Positions 1 to 7,742 of a stretch of DNA of 30,225 nt are shown one piece after another; position 1 is the first letter of the stretch, and the number at the start of each line of letters is the position of its first letter. The position numbers and the translations under genes were made by a program. The notes under the pieces were generated by a model that worked only from the letters and a program-made list of their open reading frames with translations, made no database searches and was not told where the DNA came from. Origin of the DNA: an uncultured archaeon (GTDB lineage: Archaea > Nanohalarchaeota > Nanosalinia > Nanosalinales > Nanosalinaceae); assembly GCA_964421955.1 (NCBI GenBank), contig CAYQYU010000012.1:1-30225 (forward strand), written 5' to 3'.

Positions 1-588
1 CAGCCCGGTCAGAAATCGGGCGTAGAGTACAAGGATAAAAGCCTGCCTGACTGGAATCTCATCAGTACGGATTCCAGGCGCGAAAGCGTGGCCTAGCGAA
101 CCTCTGTGTGCCAATTAGTGAGGCCCAGGTATGACAGAAAAGGTACTCCAGGGATAACTGGATTGTCTAGGGCGCGAGCTCACATCGACCCCTAGGCTTG
201 TTACTTCGATGTCGGCTCTCCGTATCCTGGCTGTGCAACAGCAGCCAAGGGTGGGGGTGTTCACCCATTAAAACGGATCGTGAGCTGGGTTTAGATCGGC
301 GTGAGCCAGATCGGTTGCTATCTGCCGGGAGTGTTTGTGTGGTCTGAGAGGAAAGTCCGGACAGTACGAAAGGAACCCCGGACTGAGGCCTCTGGTCTAC
401 CGGTTGTCCGAGAGGGCAGCGCCGGGTAGCTACGCCTCACAGGCCTAAAAGCTGAAAGCATCTAAGCTTGAAGGCCTCCTCAAACAAGAGACCGCATCCG
501 CTCCCGTACAACACGGGTTGATAGAGTGGCGGTGTAAGAACCAAGGCAACGAGGTTTTCAGCCGACCACTACTAATCGCGGGCTTCCA
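1..588 (+). rRNA. rrl: 23S rRNA, 3' part (domains V-VI), runs off the window start
   Basis: Peptidyl-transferase motifs GGGATAAC (151-158), CGATGTCGGCTC (207-218) and GAGCTGGGTTTAGA (283-296); sarcin-ricin loop AGTACGAAAGGAAC (363-376); GCTGAAAGCATCTAAG (451-466). The 3' end is approximate. Confidence 0.97.
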
Positions 589-716
589 GCACTTCCAACT
601 ACACGGCACCAGCTTGAGCTCTAACATTGAGCTTTCTGCGCAAGCAGATGGCTCATCGCAGGAAATCTTTGATTTCCGAGCTCGGTGGATACGCTGTGGT
701 CGGACCTGTTATACGT

Positions 717-726
717 ACTTTTTCTC
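717..726 (+). terminator. Putative oligo-T terminator of the 23S transcript
   Basis: T-rich tract after the structured rRNA trailer, facing a convergent gene. Confidence 0.4.
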
Positions 727-980
727 TAAAGATTGTACTCTATATCCTTCTCAGGATCTAAATGGGCCAAGAAAACTTCCCATACATCAGGAGCTCCTAT
801 TACAAAGGAAATGACAAATGTTACTGCAGCAATAACAGATATAACATGTCTTGTCACTAACATCTCTCTTTCAATAGTCACTATCAAAGCTTGAACATAT
901 GAGAAAATTAGCAAAGCCCAAGTAAGAAGCGTTTGGATAGCTCCGTTTATTCGTATAGCCTTTATCTGAGACGAGGCCAT
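726..980 (-). CDS. Small hypothetical membrane protein
   Basis: 84 aa, two hydrophobic segments, AT-rich, fills the gap between the rRNA and the methyltransferase. Confidence 0.6.
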   Translation of the reverse strand: MASSQIKAIRINGAIQTLLTWALLIFSYVQALIVTIEREMLVTRHVISVIAAVTFVISFVIGAPDVWEVFLAHLDPEKDIEYNL

Positions 981-1030
981 ACTAGTTCAAAGTCTCTAAA
1001 ACCTTAAACTTCTATCTCTAAATAGCGATC

Positions 1031-1630
1031 ATGCCCCAACCACCTGAAGAGTTCTATTCCAGCATCTCCGAGGAGTTCGCGGAGGAGTATGCGATGGAGA
1101 ATATGCCGCAGGTGTATATCGATCTGCTGGACCGTTTTATCGAGCTTGTCGAGGGCGAGAAAGTTCTGGACGCCGGTTGCGGGCCTGGCCGCGACACGGA
1201 GTACTTCGTGGAGAACGGGCTGGACGCGACAGGGATCGATCTAGGAGAGGACATGATCCGGCACGCGGAGGAGAATAAAAAGGGCCGCTTTAAGTTAATG
1301 GATGTTAAAGATCTAGAGTTTGAAGACGGCGAGTTTGACGGGGTGTGGTCGAACACGCTCGTAAACCTGTTCCCGCCGGAGGAGATGCCAGATGTTGTCT
1401 CCGAGCTGGCCCGGGTCACTAGAAAAAATGGCGTGGTCTACATCAGCTTCAAGATCGGGAAAGGCTCGATCATGCGGGAAGCTTATGGCGGCGAAGTCAA
1501 GCAGTACCGTGTATCCGAGGAGAAGGCGCGGGAAATACTTGAGTCGCAGGGCCTGGAGATCGTCGAGATGAACGTTTCCGAGACCTCGGGCGGCTTCACC
1601 TCGGCAGGTACTTTTTGCAGGAAAAAGTGA
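1031..1630 (+). CDS. Class I SAM-dependent methyltransferase
   Basis: Motif I VLDAGCGPGRD, post-I GIDL, motif II FEDGEFDGVW. Confidence 0.93.
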   Translation: MPQPPEEFYSSISEEFAEEYAMENMPQVYIDLLDRFIELVEGEKVLDAGCGPGRDTEYFVENGLDATGIDLGEDMIRHAEENKKGRFKLMDVKDLEFEDGEFDGVWSNTLVNLFPPEEMPDVVSELARVTRKNGVVYISFKIGKGSIMREAYGGEVKQYRVSEEKAREILESQGLEIVEMNVSETSGGFTSAGTFCRKK

Positions 1631-1659
1631 GAGTTCAGATTAAATGAACAGTCCTAGGG

Positions 1660-1753
1660 TTGAACGAAATTGAACGGCTTCTTTCTGTAGTTAGGCTCTA
1701 TCAAGGCTATATTTAACGCCATTAAACGTTCGTTCACGGAAACGGCATATAAG
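1660..1753 (+). promoter_or_regulatory. Promoter of the 1788 gene with four upstream TTNAACG boxes
   Basis: TTGAACG at 1660 and 1670, TTTAACG at 1712, TTAAACG at 1722; TATA-like CATATAAG at 1746-1753; GGTGA before the ATG. Confidence 0.5.
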
Positions 1754-1787
1754 GCCTGACTCAGAGTTCTCGGATGGTGAATCGAAC

Positions 1788-2372
1788 ATGAGAACCAATC
1801 ACACACTCGCAACAGGATTTATAGTGGCACTACTTGCCACAGGTTTCGCAGCTCCTGCGGCTGCGCAGTCAACAAATGCGCAGGCACACGCAGATGTGGA
1901 GGCATCTGCACAAAGTAATGGACTTTTACAGGCAGTGAACCAGGTACAGGCTCAGCTGGGGAAAGTAAGCCAGCAGCTACAGGATATACAGGAAAGAATT
2001 AGCCGGCTGGAAGCCAAAGTAGAGGCTAACGCCAGCCAGGAAGTAGAAGCAGAGAATGAAGAGGCAAGAGGATCACAGAGAGCAGAAGTCAACCACAGTG
2101 TAGATGTAGAGAACGGTACCAAAACCATTAGACATGAAGTCAGGAAAGACGGAGAGACTCTGGTCAGCTTCGTGAAGCAGATAGTGATTGGTGCTGAAGC
2201 CGATGGGGAGGCAGAAGCTGAGGCTGATACAGAGCACGATGCAGAGGTAGAAGGACAGGAAGATGAGGAAGCAGAAGCTGATGCCGAAGCAGACGGAGAG
2301 GTCGGAAACCAGGGAAAAACAGGGGCAAGAGGCCAAGTAGGCCTTAGAGCCAGTGTCGAAACAGGTAGGTGA
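1788..2372 (+). CDS. Secreted acidic protein with a coiled coil
   Basis: Sec signal peptide (GFIVALLATGFAAPAAA-Q), heptad segment, E/A/D-rich C-terminal half. Confidence 0.8.
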   Translation: MRTNHTLATGFIVALLATGFAAPAAAQSTNAQAHADVEASAQSNGLLQAVNQVQAQLGKVSQQLQDIQERISRLEAKVEANASQEVEAENEEARGSQRAEVNHSVDVENGTKTIRHEVRKDGETLVSFVKQIVIGAEADGEAEAEADTEHDAEVEGQEDEEAEADAEADGEVGNQGKTGARGQVGLRASVETGR

Positions 2373-2584
2373 TCAGGTTGAGAAGCATAGAATTCCGGTG
2401 CCTCAACTGTGGGAACCGTGTGGAGAAGGATCTGATACCCGGGAAGCACACAGTCCTTGGCTCCCTTCCCGTAGTTAACAAGGAAGCCTCTTGCTGTGAA
2501 AACCCTGAATACGAGGACTCGGAAGGATACTTCAGGCCCAGGCAGAAACAGTCCCTGAGGGACCTCCTTCCGGGCCTCGCATAA
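2369..2584 (+). CDS. Small zinc-ribbon-like protein
   Basis: CLNC...CCENP; GTGA overlap with the upstream stop; T-rich tract follows. Confidence 0.65.
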   Translation: MIRLRSIEFRCLNCGNRVEKDLIPGKHTVLGSLPVVNKEASCCENPEYEDSEGYFRPRQKQSLRDLLPGLA

Positions 2585-2651
2585 CTCTTTTTCTTTCAAT
2601 AATGCGCAAAAAACCGTTTAAAACTGATTTTCAAACAACAGGACAGGGAAA

Positions 2652-3410
2652 ATGCGTAAGACAATCTTGATACTGGCTCTCGTAATCTTGACCGGGATGG
2701 TCGCGGCCCAGCCATCCGGGAACTCCGGGCTCGTGAAGCCCGGGTTTGTCCCTGGCGATCTCTTCTATCCCGTGGAGCAAGGTGTAGAAAGACTCGAAGT
2801 CGGGCTCGCCTCCGTCATAGGAGGTCCTGAACTCAGGGCGAAGGTTATGGCGAACAATGCCGAGGAAAGACTATCAGAGGCCCAGGTGCTCATGGAGAGG
2901 AACCGATCGGACAGGGCCGCAAGGATGGTTGAGAAGTATGAGCGGACAATAAACCAGTCCCGGGAAAACGCCCGGAAATCCGGGAACGCCGAGATCGAGG
3001 CCAGGATAGATAATGTCTCAGAGAAACATTTGAAGGTGCTCGAAGACGTGAAAAGAAAGGTTCCGGAACCCGCGAAAGCCGGCATCCAGAGGGCCATCGA
3101 CAACTCGAGGAAGAAGTCACCCTCCACGAGAAAAAATGATCAGAGTCCAGACGAACAGCCCAGATCAGAACCCGGATCACAGGAATTCTCCAGATTCCGT
3201 GGAAAGAAGACAGACAATTCGGATATGACAGAGAACATCACAGAGGAGCTAGAAAGCGAAACCAGCACCTCAGGTGATGGGAGCCAACCGGTTGAGGACA
3301 TCGAGGAATCGGTGACCGGTCAGGCCACTGGGCAGGAGAGAAGACCCGATACCGGGACCTCAGAAAACCCTGGAAACAGTCCTGTTGAAGAGGCTCCTCT
3401 GGAGCCATAG
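2652..3410 (+). CDS. Secreted DUF5667-like helical protein with a disordered acidic tail
   Basis: Signal peptide, then PGFVPGDLFYPVEQGVE, AEERLSEA and HLKVLEDVKRKVPEPAKAGIQRAI, which I recognise as typical of DUF5667. Confidence 0.8.
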   Translation: MRKTILILALVILTGMVAAQPSGNSGLVKPGFVPGDLFYPVEQGVERLEVGLASVIGGPELRAKVMANNAEERLSEAQVLMERNRSDRAARMVEKYERTINQSRENARKSGNAEIEARIDNVSEKHLKVLEDVKRKVPEPAKAGIQRAIDNSRKKSPSTRKNDQSPDEQPRSEPGSQEFSRFRGKKTDNSDMTENITEELESETSTSGDGSQPVEDIEESVTGQATGQERRPDTGTSENPGNSPVEEAPLEP

Positions 3411-3440
3411 GCCTGTATATTTTCCTGTTAAAGGATAGCT

Positions 3441-3821
3441 ATGGCGGCACCCTTTCCAGGAGCGGACTTCGAAGTAGTTATCTATATGCTCCTGGGCGCC
3501 TTCATGACCCTGTCCACGGTATCAGGACTCTACATCAGGAGACTTCACAGTAAAATTGAGGACGTGGTATCCGAGGAAGACGGCCCTGAGCTCAGGACCG
3601 ACAACATCGGCCTCCCAAAGCGGGCAGAGGATTTGATGAACGCGGTAATGGAGGATCCAATGCTGCAGAGCGAGCTACCTGGCGAACTGGAAGTCTCAAA
3701 GGCGACCGTCAGCAACGCGGTTTCAGAGCTGTTCGACCGGAACCTTGTAAAGAAGAAAAAGAAAGCCAACACCTACCTTATAGAGCCGAACCTGGAAGAA
3801 CTGGAGAGACAGCAGCGCTAG
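3441..3821 (+). CDS. Membrane-anchored winged-helix DNA-binding protein
   Basis: N-terminal TM helix; C-terminal LQSELPGELEVSKATVSNAVSELFDRNLV HTH plus wing. Confidence 0.85.
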   Translation: MAAPFPGADFEVVIYMLLGAFMTLSTVSGLYIRRLHSKIEDVVSEEDGPELRTDNIGLPKRAEDLMNAVMEDPMLQSELPGELEVSKATVSNAVSELFDRNLVKKKKKANTYLIEPNLEELERQQR

Positions 3822-4537
3822 ACAGAGTGGCCTGGGCTGAACTCATACTTCCGTTTCATGTGGTCCTCCATGCCGAGCATGTACTCGAGCGAAGGAGGCA
3901 CGTAGTCGAGAACTGTCCCTATGAAACCGCGGTTGACCACTCTCCTTCCCGAGACCTGGAATTCCCTGTCAAGTACCACGGTCTCTCCCCGTTCTTCCAT
4001 ACGGGCCATCAGGTCATGGTCCTCATGGTATGGAAGCTCCTCGTCAAATCCTCCGACCTCCATGAAACTCTGCCTGTCGACAAACAGGAAATTGCCGGCC
4101 GCAACAGGTATGCCCAGGAACCGGACTGGTTTTACCAGCCGGGAACCTATTCCGAGCAAAATCTTGCCCCTGATGTTCGTGTCAAACGTCTTCCATGTGG
4201 AAAAGCCCGCGACCACTTCTTCCTCCTGCATCGCCTCATATACATCGGAAAAAACATTCTCGTGGAGAAGCTCGACGTCAGAGTCTAGGAACAGGATGAT
4301 GTCGCCCTCGGCCTCTCTTGCGCCGTGATTCCTAGCCTGGCCGGGACCGTCATCCTCACTCTCCACCACTTTTACGCCACGCTCACTCGCAAAATCGACG
4401 GTTCCGTCATCACTCCCGCCGTCTTTCAGTATAACCTCGTAGTCTTCAAAATCCTGCATCTCGATGCTGTCAAGTAAACTTCCAATATAGTCTATCTCAT
4501 TCTTCGCCGGTATAACTACAGATATCGCCGTCATCAC
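3818..4537 (-). CDS. Glycosyltransferase family 2
   Basis: ISVVIPAKNE, DGGSDDGT, ARNHGA, FLDSD, GGFDE and HEDHD motifs. Confidence 0.95.
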   Translation of the reverse strand: MMTAISVVIPAKNEIDYIGSLLDSIEMQDFEDYEVILKDGGSDDGTVDFASERGVKVVESEDDGPGQARNHGAREAEGDIILFLDSDVELLHENVFSDVYEAMQEEEVVAGFSTWKTFDTNIRGKILLGIGSRLVKPVRFLGIPVAAGNFLFVDRQSFMEVGGFDEELPYHEDHDLMARMEERGETVVLDREFQVSGRRVVNRGFIGTVLDYVPPSLEYMLGMEDHMKRKYEFSPGHSV

Positions 4538-5877
4538 ATATACCCCAGGTCTTCCAACCTCTTCTTTACCTCCTCATCCTCTTCTCTCTGTTCACCGGGT
4601 TCAACATCGACATCGGATATTTTGTCGACCTCCCGCTTAAATTCTTCCTCGACCTCGATTTCTTCGCCCGACTCAAGGTCGTACATCTTATACGACGTTC
4701 TCCCGTCCTCGGTCTTCGACTTGACTATCTTCTTTCCGTCCTTCTTGACATAGCGGAACTTCCTGTAGTACCTGTCCCAGTCGCTCTCCGGTATCTGGCC
4801 GAGAGACCCTGGTGCATCCGGGAACTCGACGCCTCCACGCACGTACTCTGGGTGAATCTCCTCCGGCTCTTCACCGATACCGGCGTAGTAAGGAACTAGC
4901 TCGGCAAGTTTCCTCAGCTCCACCATCTGCGGCCTTCTATCTGCCTCCCTGCCAGGGCGGTCCACCATCATCACAGTATTTATCACCGGCTCCATCACGT
5001 TGAACTGGTGCCCGAACATTCCCTCTTCTCCAAGCGCCTGCCCATGATCAGATACTATTATCACAACAGTTTCATCTTTCAGACCGTTATCCCTGAGATG
5101 TTCCATCAGGCGGCCTAACACGTCATCAGTGTAGTCTACAGACGCATCGTAGACCCTCCTGAGGTTCTCGAAATCATCTTTGCCTTCAATCACGTCCTTC
5201 TGGCTGTTGGGTATCGAACCGGTATCCTCCAATCCGTGCGCCTCGGAGTATTTTTCAGGAGGATTGTAGGGCTCATGGGGCTCCATGATGTTCATGAAGA
5301 GAAAGAAGCGTTCGTCCTCATCCACGTTATCTATGTATTTCCTCGCCTCAGATACTATTTCCTCGGTCTTGCAGGCGTCGTTGAGGTTGAGAAACTCGAA
5401 GGACCTGTCTACTACCCTGGTAATCGATCTCTTGACGGTGTTGCTCCTGTTGTCAAGGAACTTTGCCGCCATCCGAGAGATTTTGGTCACCAGCACGTTA
5501 TCCGCCTTTCCAAGGAAGTTCTGGACGTAGTCAAAGTCGTCCGTCATGTTCTTGTGCGGCGTGATCCAGGGATTGGTGGTTATACAGGCCGTTCTGTACC
5601 CCTCCTCCTTGAATTTCCGGACAAAGAGCTCCTTCTCTCCCTTGAAGTAGGCTCTCTGGTGGGTGGCGCCGTGCTCCCAGGGATACCTCCCCGTAAACAT
5701 CGATGCATGGGAGGGCAGACTCCAGTTTGCCTGTGCCACCGCGTCTTCAAAAACTATGGATTCATCAGCTATCTCCTGGAGGTTCTCCGTAAAGTCTATA
5801 TCATCATTATAAACCGATAGACGGTCTTTCCTGAGAGAATCCAGAACTATGAAGATCACGTTCTTTTGATCATACAT
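4534..5877 (-). CDS. Sulfatase-like / alkaline phosphatase superfamily enzyme
   Basis: NVIFIVLDSLRKD, WSLPSHASMFTG, EPHEPY, SDHG and the C-terminal RLEDLGY. Confidence 0.92.
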   Translation of the reverse strand: MYDQKNVIFIVLDSLRKDRLSVYNDDIDFTENLQEIADESIVFEDAVAQANWSLPSHASMFTGRYPWEHGATHQRAYFKGEKELFVRKFKEEGYRTACITTNPWITPHKNMTDDFDYVQNFLGKADNVLVTKISRMAAKFLDNRSNTVKRSITRVVDRSFEFLNLNDACKTEEIVSEARKYIDNVDEDERFFLFMNIMEPHEPYNPPEKYSEAHGLEDTGSIPNSQKDVIEGKDDFENLRRVYDASVDYTDDVLGRLMEHLRDNGLKDETVVIIVSDHGQALGEEGMFGHQFNVMEPVINTVMMVDRPGREADRRPQMVELRKLAELVPYYAGIGEEPEEIHPEYVRGGVEFPDAPGSLGQIPESDWDRYYRKFRYVKKDGKKIVKSKTEDGRTSYKMYDLESGEEIEVEEEFKREVDKISDVDVEPGEQREEDEEVKKRLEDLGYM

Positions 5878-5984
5878 CTATATCCTACAGAACAGCGGAT
5901 TCTTTTTAAGCTTATTAACACTAGAACACCGGAATCCCTGCGGCAGGGGCTACAGATAAAAAAATAACCCTTCATAGCCTAAAA

Positions 5985-6479
5985 AGGAGGCGGAGTGGCT
6001 GTCCCCGCTGGCGTTCCGTATCGCCGCATCTCTTGCGAGAAACGGCGGACGCATCCTGACGGATGCTCGACCCCATAGAACCTTGCGGTTCGCTGAGTGA
6101 GGAAAGTCCCGACACCTCGACGGGCAATAAGTTGCCTTTCGTAGAGAAGATCCTTGATCTTCGAAACGTGGCAGGTGCAAGACCTGTGGACCGAGAGGTC
6201 TCAGAGACACGCCTTAACTCGTTTAAAAACGAGGTAGGCGGCTCATTGAGCAGCAGAAACGACACGTCTCCTGTAATGGCCAGGATCACGGTAACGGCGT
6301 CAAAGCCAGCGTCGTGTGGAGCCAGTTCAGGAGGATCGGTGAAACGTGGCTCAGACACGGGGTGCAAGCCGAAGAGCGCAAGCACGCATTTCGAAGAAAT
6401 GCTGGTTTCCAGCAAATCTTCGATTTGCGTCGAGTCAAATGCGGCCATAGAAACAGAATCGGGCTTACTCCCGCCACCT
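5985..6479 (+). ncRNA. rnpB: RNase P RNA (about 495 nt)
   Basis: GAGGAAAGTCCCGA (6099-6112) pairs in P4 with ACAGAATCGGGCTTA (6453-6467); P1 AGGAGGCGGAGT/ACTCCCGCCACCT; P2 TGGCTGT/GCGGCCA; P5 CACCTCG/CGGGGTG; conserved CAGAAAC and TGAAAC. Confidence 0.93.
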
Positions 6480-6515
6480 GAAACACTTTTGAAGATACGC
6501 GACAAGGTTTAGAAC

Positions 6516-6677
6516 ATGGCGAACGACAACCAGGTCCAGATGCCTTCCTCACAGGGAGGACTGGTACAGTACTTTGATGCCGATGCAGGCATGGAGCTAG
6601 ACCCCAAGGTGGTCGTGGGGGGAGTTGTGGGAATCGCGATAATCGAAATGGGTCTGCACATGGGACTCTTCATTTAA
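6516..6677 (+). CDS. secG: Preprotein translocase subunit Sec61beta (53 aa, not in the ORF track)
   Basis: Manual translation MANDNQVQMPSSQGGLVQYFDADAGMELDPKVVVGGVVGIAIIEMGLHMGLFI shows the GLxxYF...LDP plus TM signature. Confidence 0.92.
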   Translation: MANDNQVQMPSSQGGLVQYFDADAGMELDPKVVVGGVVGIAIIEMGLHMGLFI

Positions 6678-6783
6678 CGCAGATTCTCTTAAGAGAAGAA
6701 GGGTTCGAGAAGTGAGCGAACGCGAGCTTCGATGTAGAGTTTATTTAAGAATTCTACTGGCAAACTTTCTCTAGACACCAACT

Positions 6784-6936
6784 GGACCCGTAGCTCAGCC
6801 CGGACAGAGCAACCGGCTTCTACCGAACTTCTGAAAGTTCGATCATCACGAGGCATTCCATGAATGCCTCTGGGTCGGCTTTTAGGGCTCTCGGCAAGAT
6901 ACCGGTAGGTCGAGGGTTCAAATCCCTCCGGGTTCG
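6784..6936 (+). tRNA. tRNA-Arg(TCT) with a 78-nt intron at 37/38 (6823-6900)
   Basis: Acceptor GGACCCG/CGGGTTC, D arm GCTC/GAGC, anticodon stem ACCGG/CCGGT with TCT at 6819-6821, T arm GAGGG-TTCAAAT-CCCTC; relaxed BHB; no encoded CCA; TATA-like TTATTTAA about 6741. Confidence 0.93.
6824..6848 (+). repeat. 25-bp palindromic module, copy 1 (inside the tRNA-Arg intron)
   Basis: CGAACTTCTGAAAGTTCGATCATCA, identical to 20976-21000. Confidence 0.95.
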
Positions 6937-6944
6937 AATCTCCT

Positions 6945-7718
6945 ATGCCACGAACCAATTCTCTGGAAGACGCAGAAGTGATTGTGCAGAAGCTTCCCTC
7001 GGACATCGGCATCCACAGGAATCCGCGGAAAGGAACGCTGGATGCGCCGGAGAAGGTTCTTGAGGATTTCGAGTTTGAGAAAACAGTTCTTGTAACAGAG
7101 GTTTTCCCCGACGAATTCTCGCTGGAGAACACGCACAGACGTATCGAGGACAACACGGACGAGATCCGGAACTTCTCCAGACCTCTTGTCTCCATAGGCG
7201 GCGACCACTCCGTCTCCTACCCCGTCATAAGGGCGATGAAACGGGAGCATCCCGATATGAAGCTAGTGTGGCTCGACGCCCATCTTGACCTGAAAGAGAA
7301 AGTCAACAACCACGTGTCGCACGACGTCGTGGTGCGGGAGCTGCTGGAGCACGGCTTCTCGGAGGAAGAGATCTGGTTCGTGGGAATAACCCATGTGGAC
7401 GACGACGAGCAGGATTTCCTGGACGGACGAGACCTGAGAGTGTTCAGGTCGGGCGAACTGGAAGAGTTCAGACGAAAGTTCAATACAAGTGAACAGCACG
7501 TGTATCTCAGCGTAGATATAGACGTCCTAACCCGGGAAGAAGCTCCAGGAACCGGCTATCCGGACGGAGAACTCGATCTAGAGCAGGTTCTGGAGGTAAT
7601 CGATCTCGTAAGTCCCGATTACGCCGACCTCGTCGAGGTCGCGCCCTCGCTTGATGAAGATAAGAACACTATAGATAGCGCGAGAAAGATACTTGCCAGG
7701 TTAATGAAACAGTTTTGA
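6945..7718 (+). CDS. Arginase/agmatinase (ureohydrolase) family protein
   Basis: GGDHS, DAHLD, SVDIDVL, APGTG and DLVEV motifs. Confidence 0.92.
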   Translation: MPRTNSLEDAEVIVQKLPSDIGIHRNPRKGTLDAPEKVLEDFEFEKTVLVTEVFPDEFSLENTHRRIEDNTDEIRNFSRPLVSIGGDHSVSYPVIRAMKREHPDMKLVWLDAHLDLKEKVNNHVSHDVVVRELLEHGFSEEEIWFVGITHVDDDEQDFLDGRDLRVFRSGELEEFRRKFNTSEQHVYLSVDIDVLTREEAPGTGYPDGELDLEQVLEVIDLVSPDYADLVEVAPSLDEDKNTIDSARKILARLMKQF

Positions 7719-7742
7719 AGCTTGAAGCCGGAGAGAAATTAC

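Noticed and set aside
600-720. 5S rRNA downstream of 23S
   Set aside because: The length is similar and the start is faintly alike, but it lacks the CCGAAC loop and 5S helix geometry.
445-814. ORFs 445-627 and 518-814
   Set aside because: They overlap the 23S rRNA and its trailer.
5950-6552. ORFs of 86-177 aa on both strands
   Set aside because: They are explained by the RNase P RNA and have atypical composition.
6823-6900. Box C/D guide RNA in the tRNA-Arg intron
   Set aside because: CTGA is on the sense strand but TGATGA only on the antisense strand, so there is no correctly ordered C/D pair.
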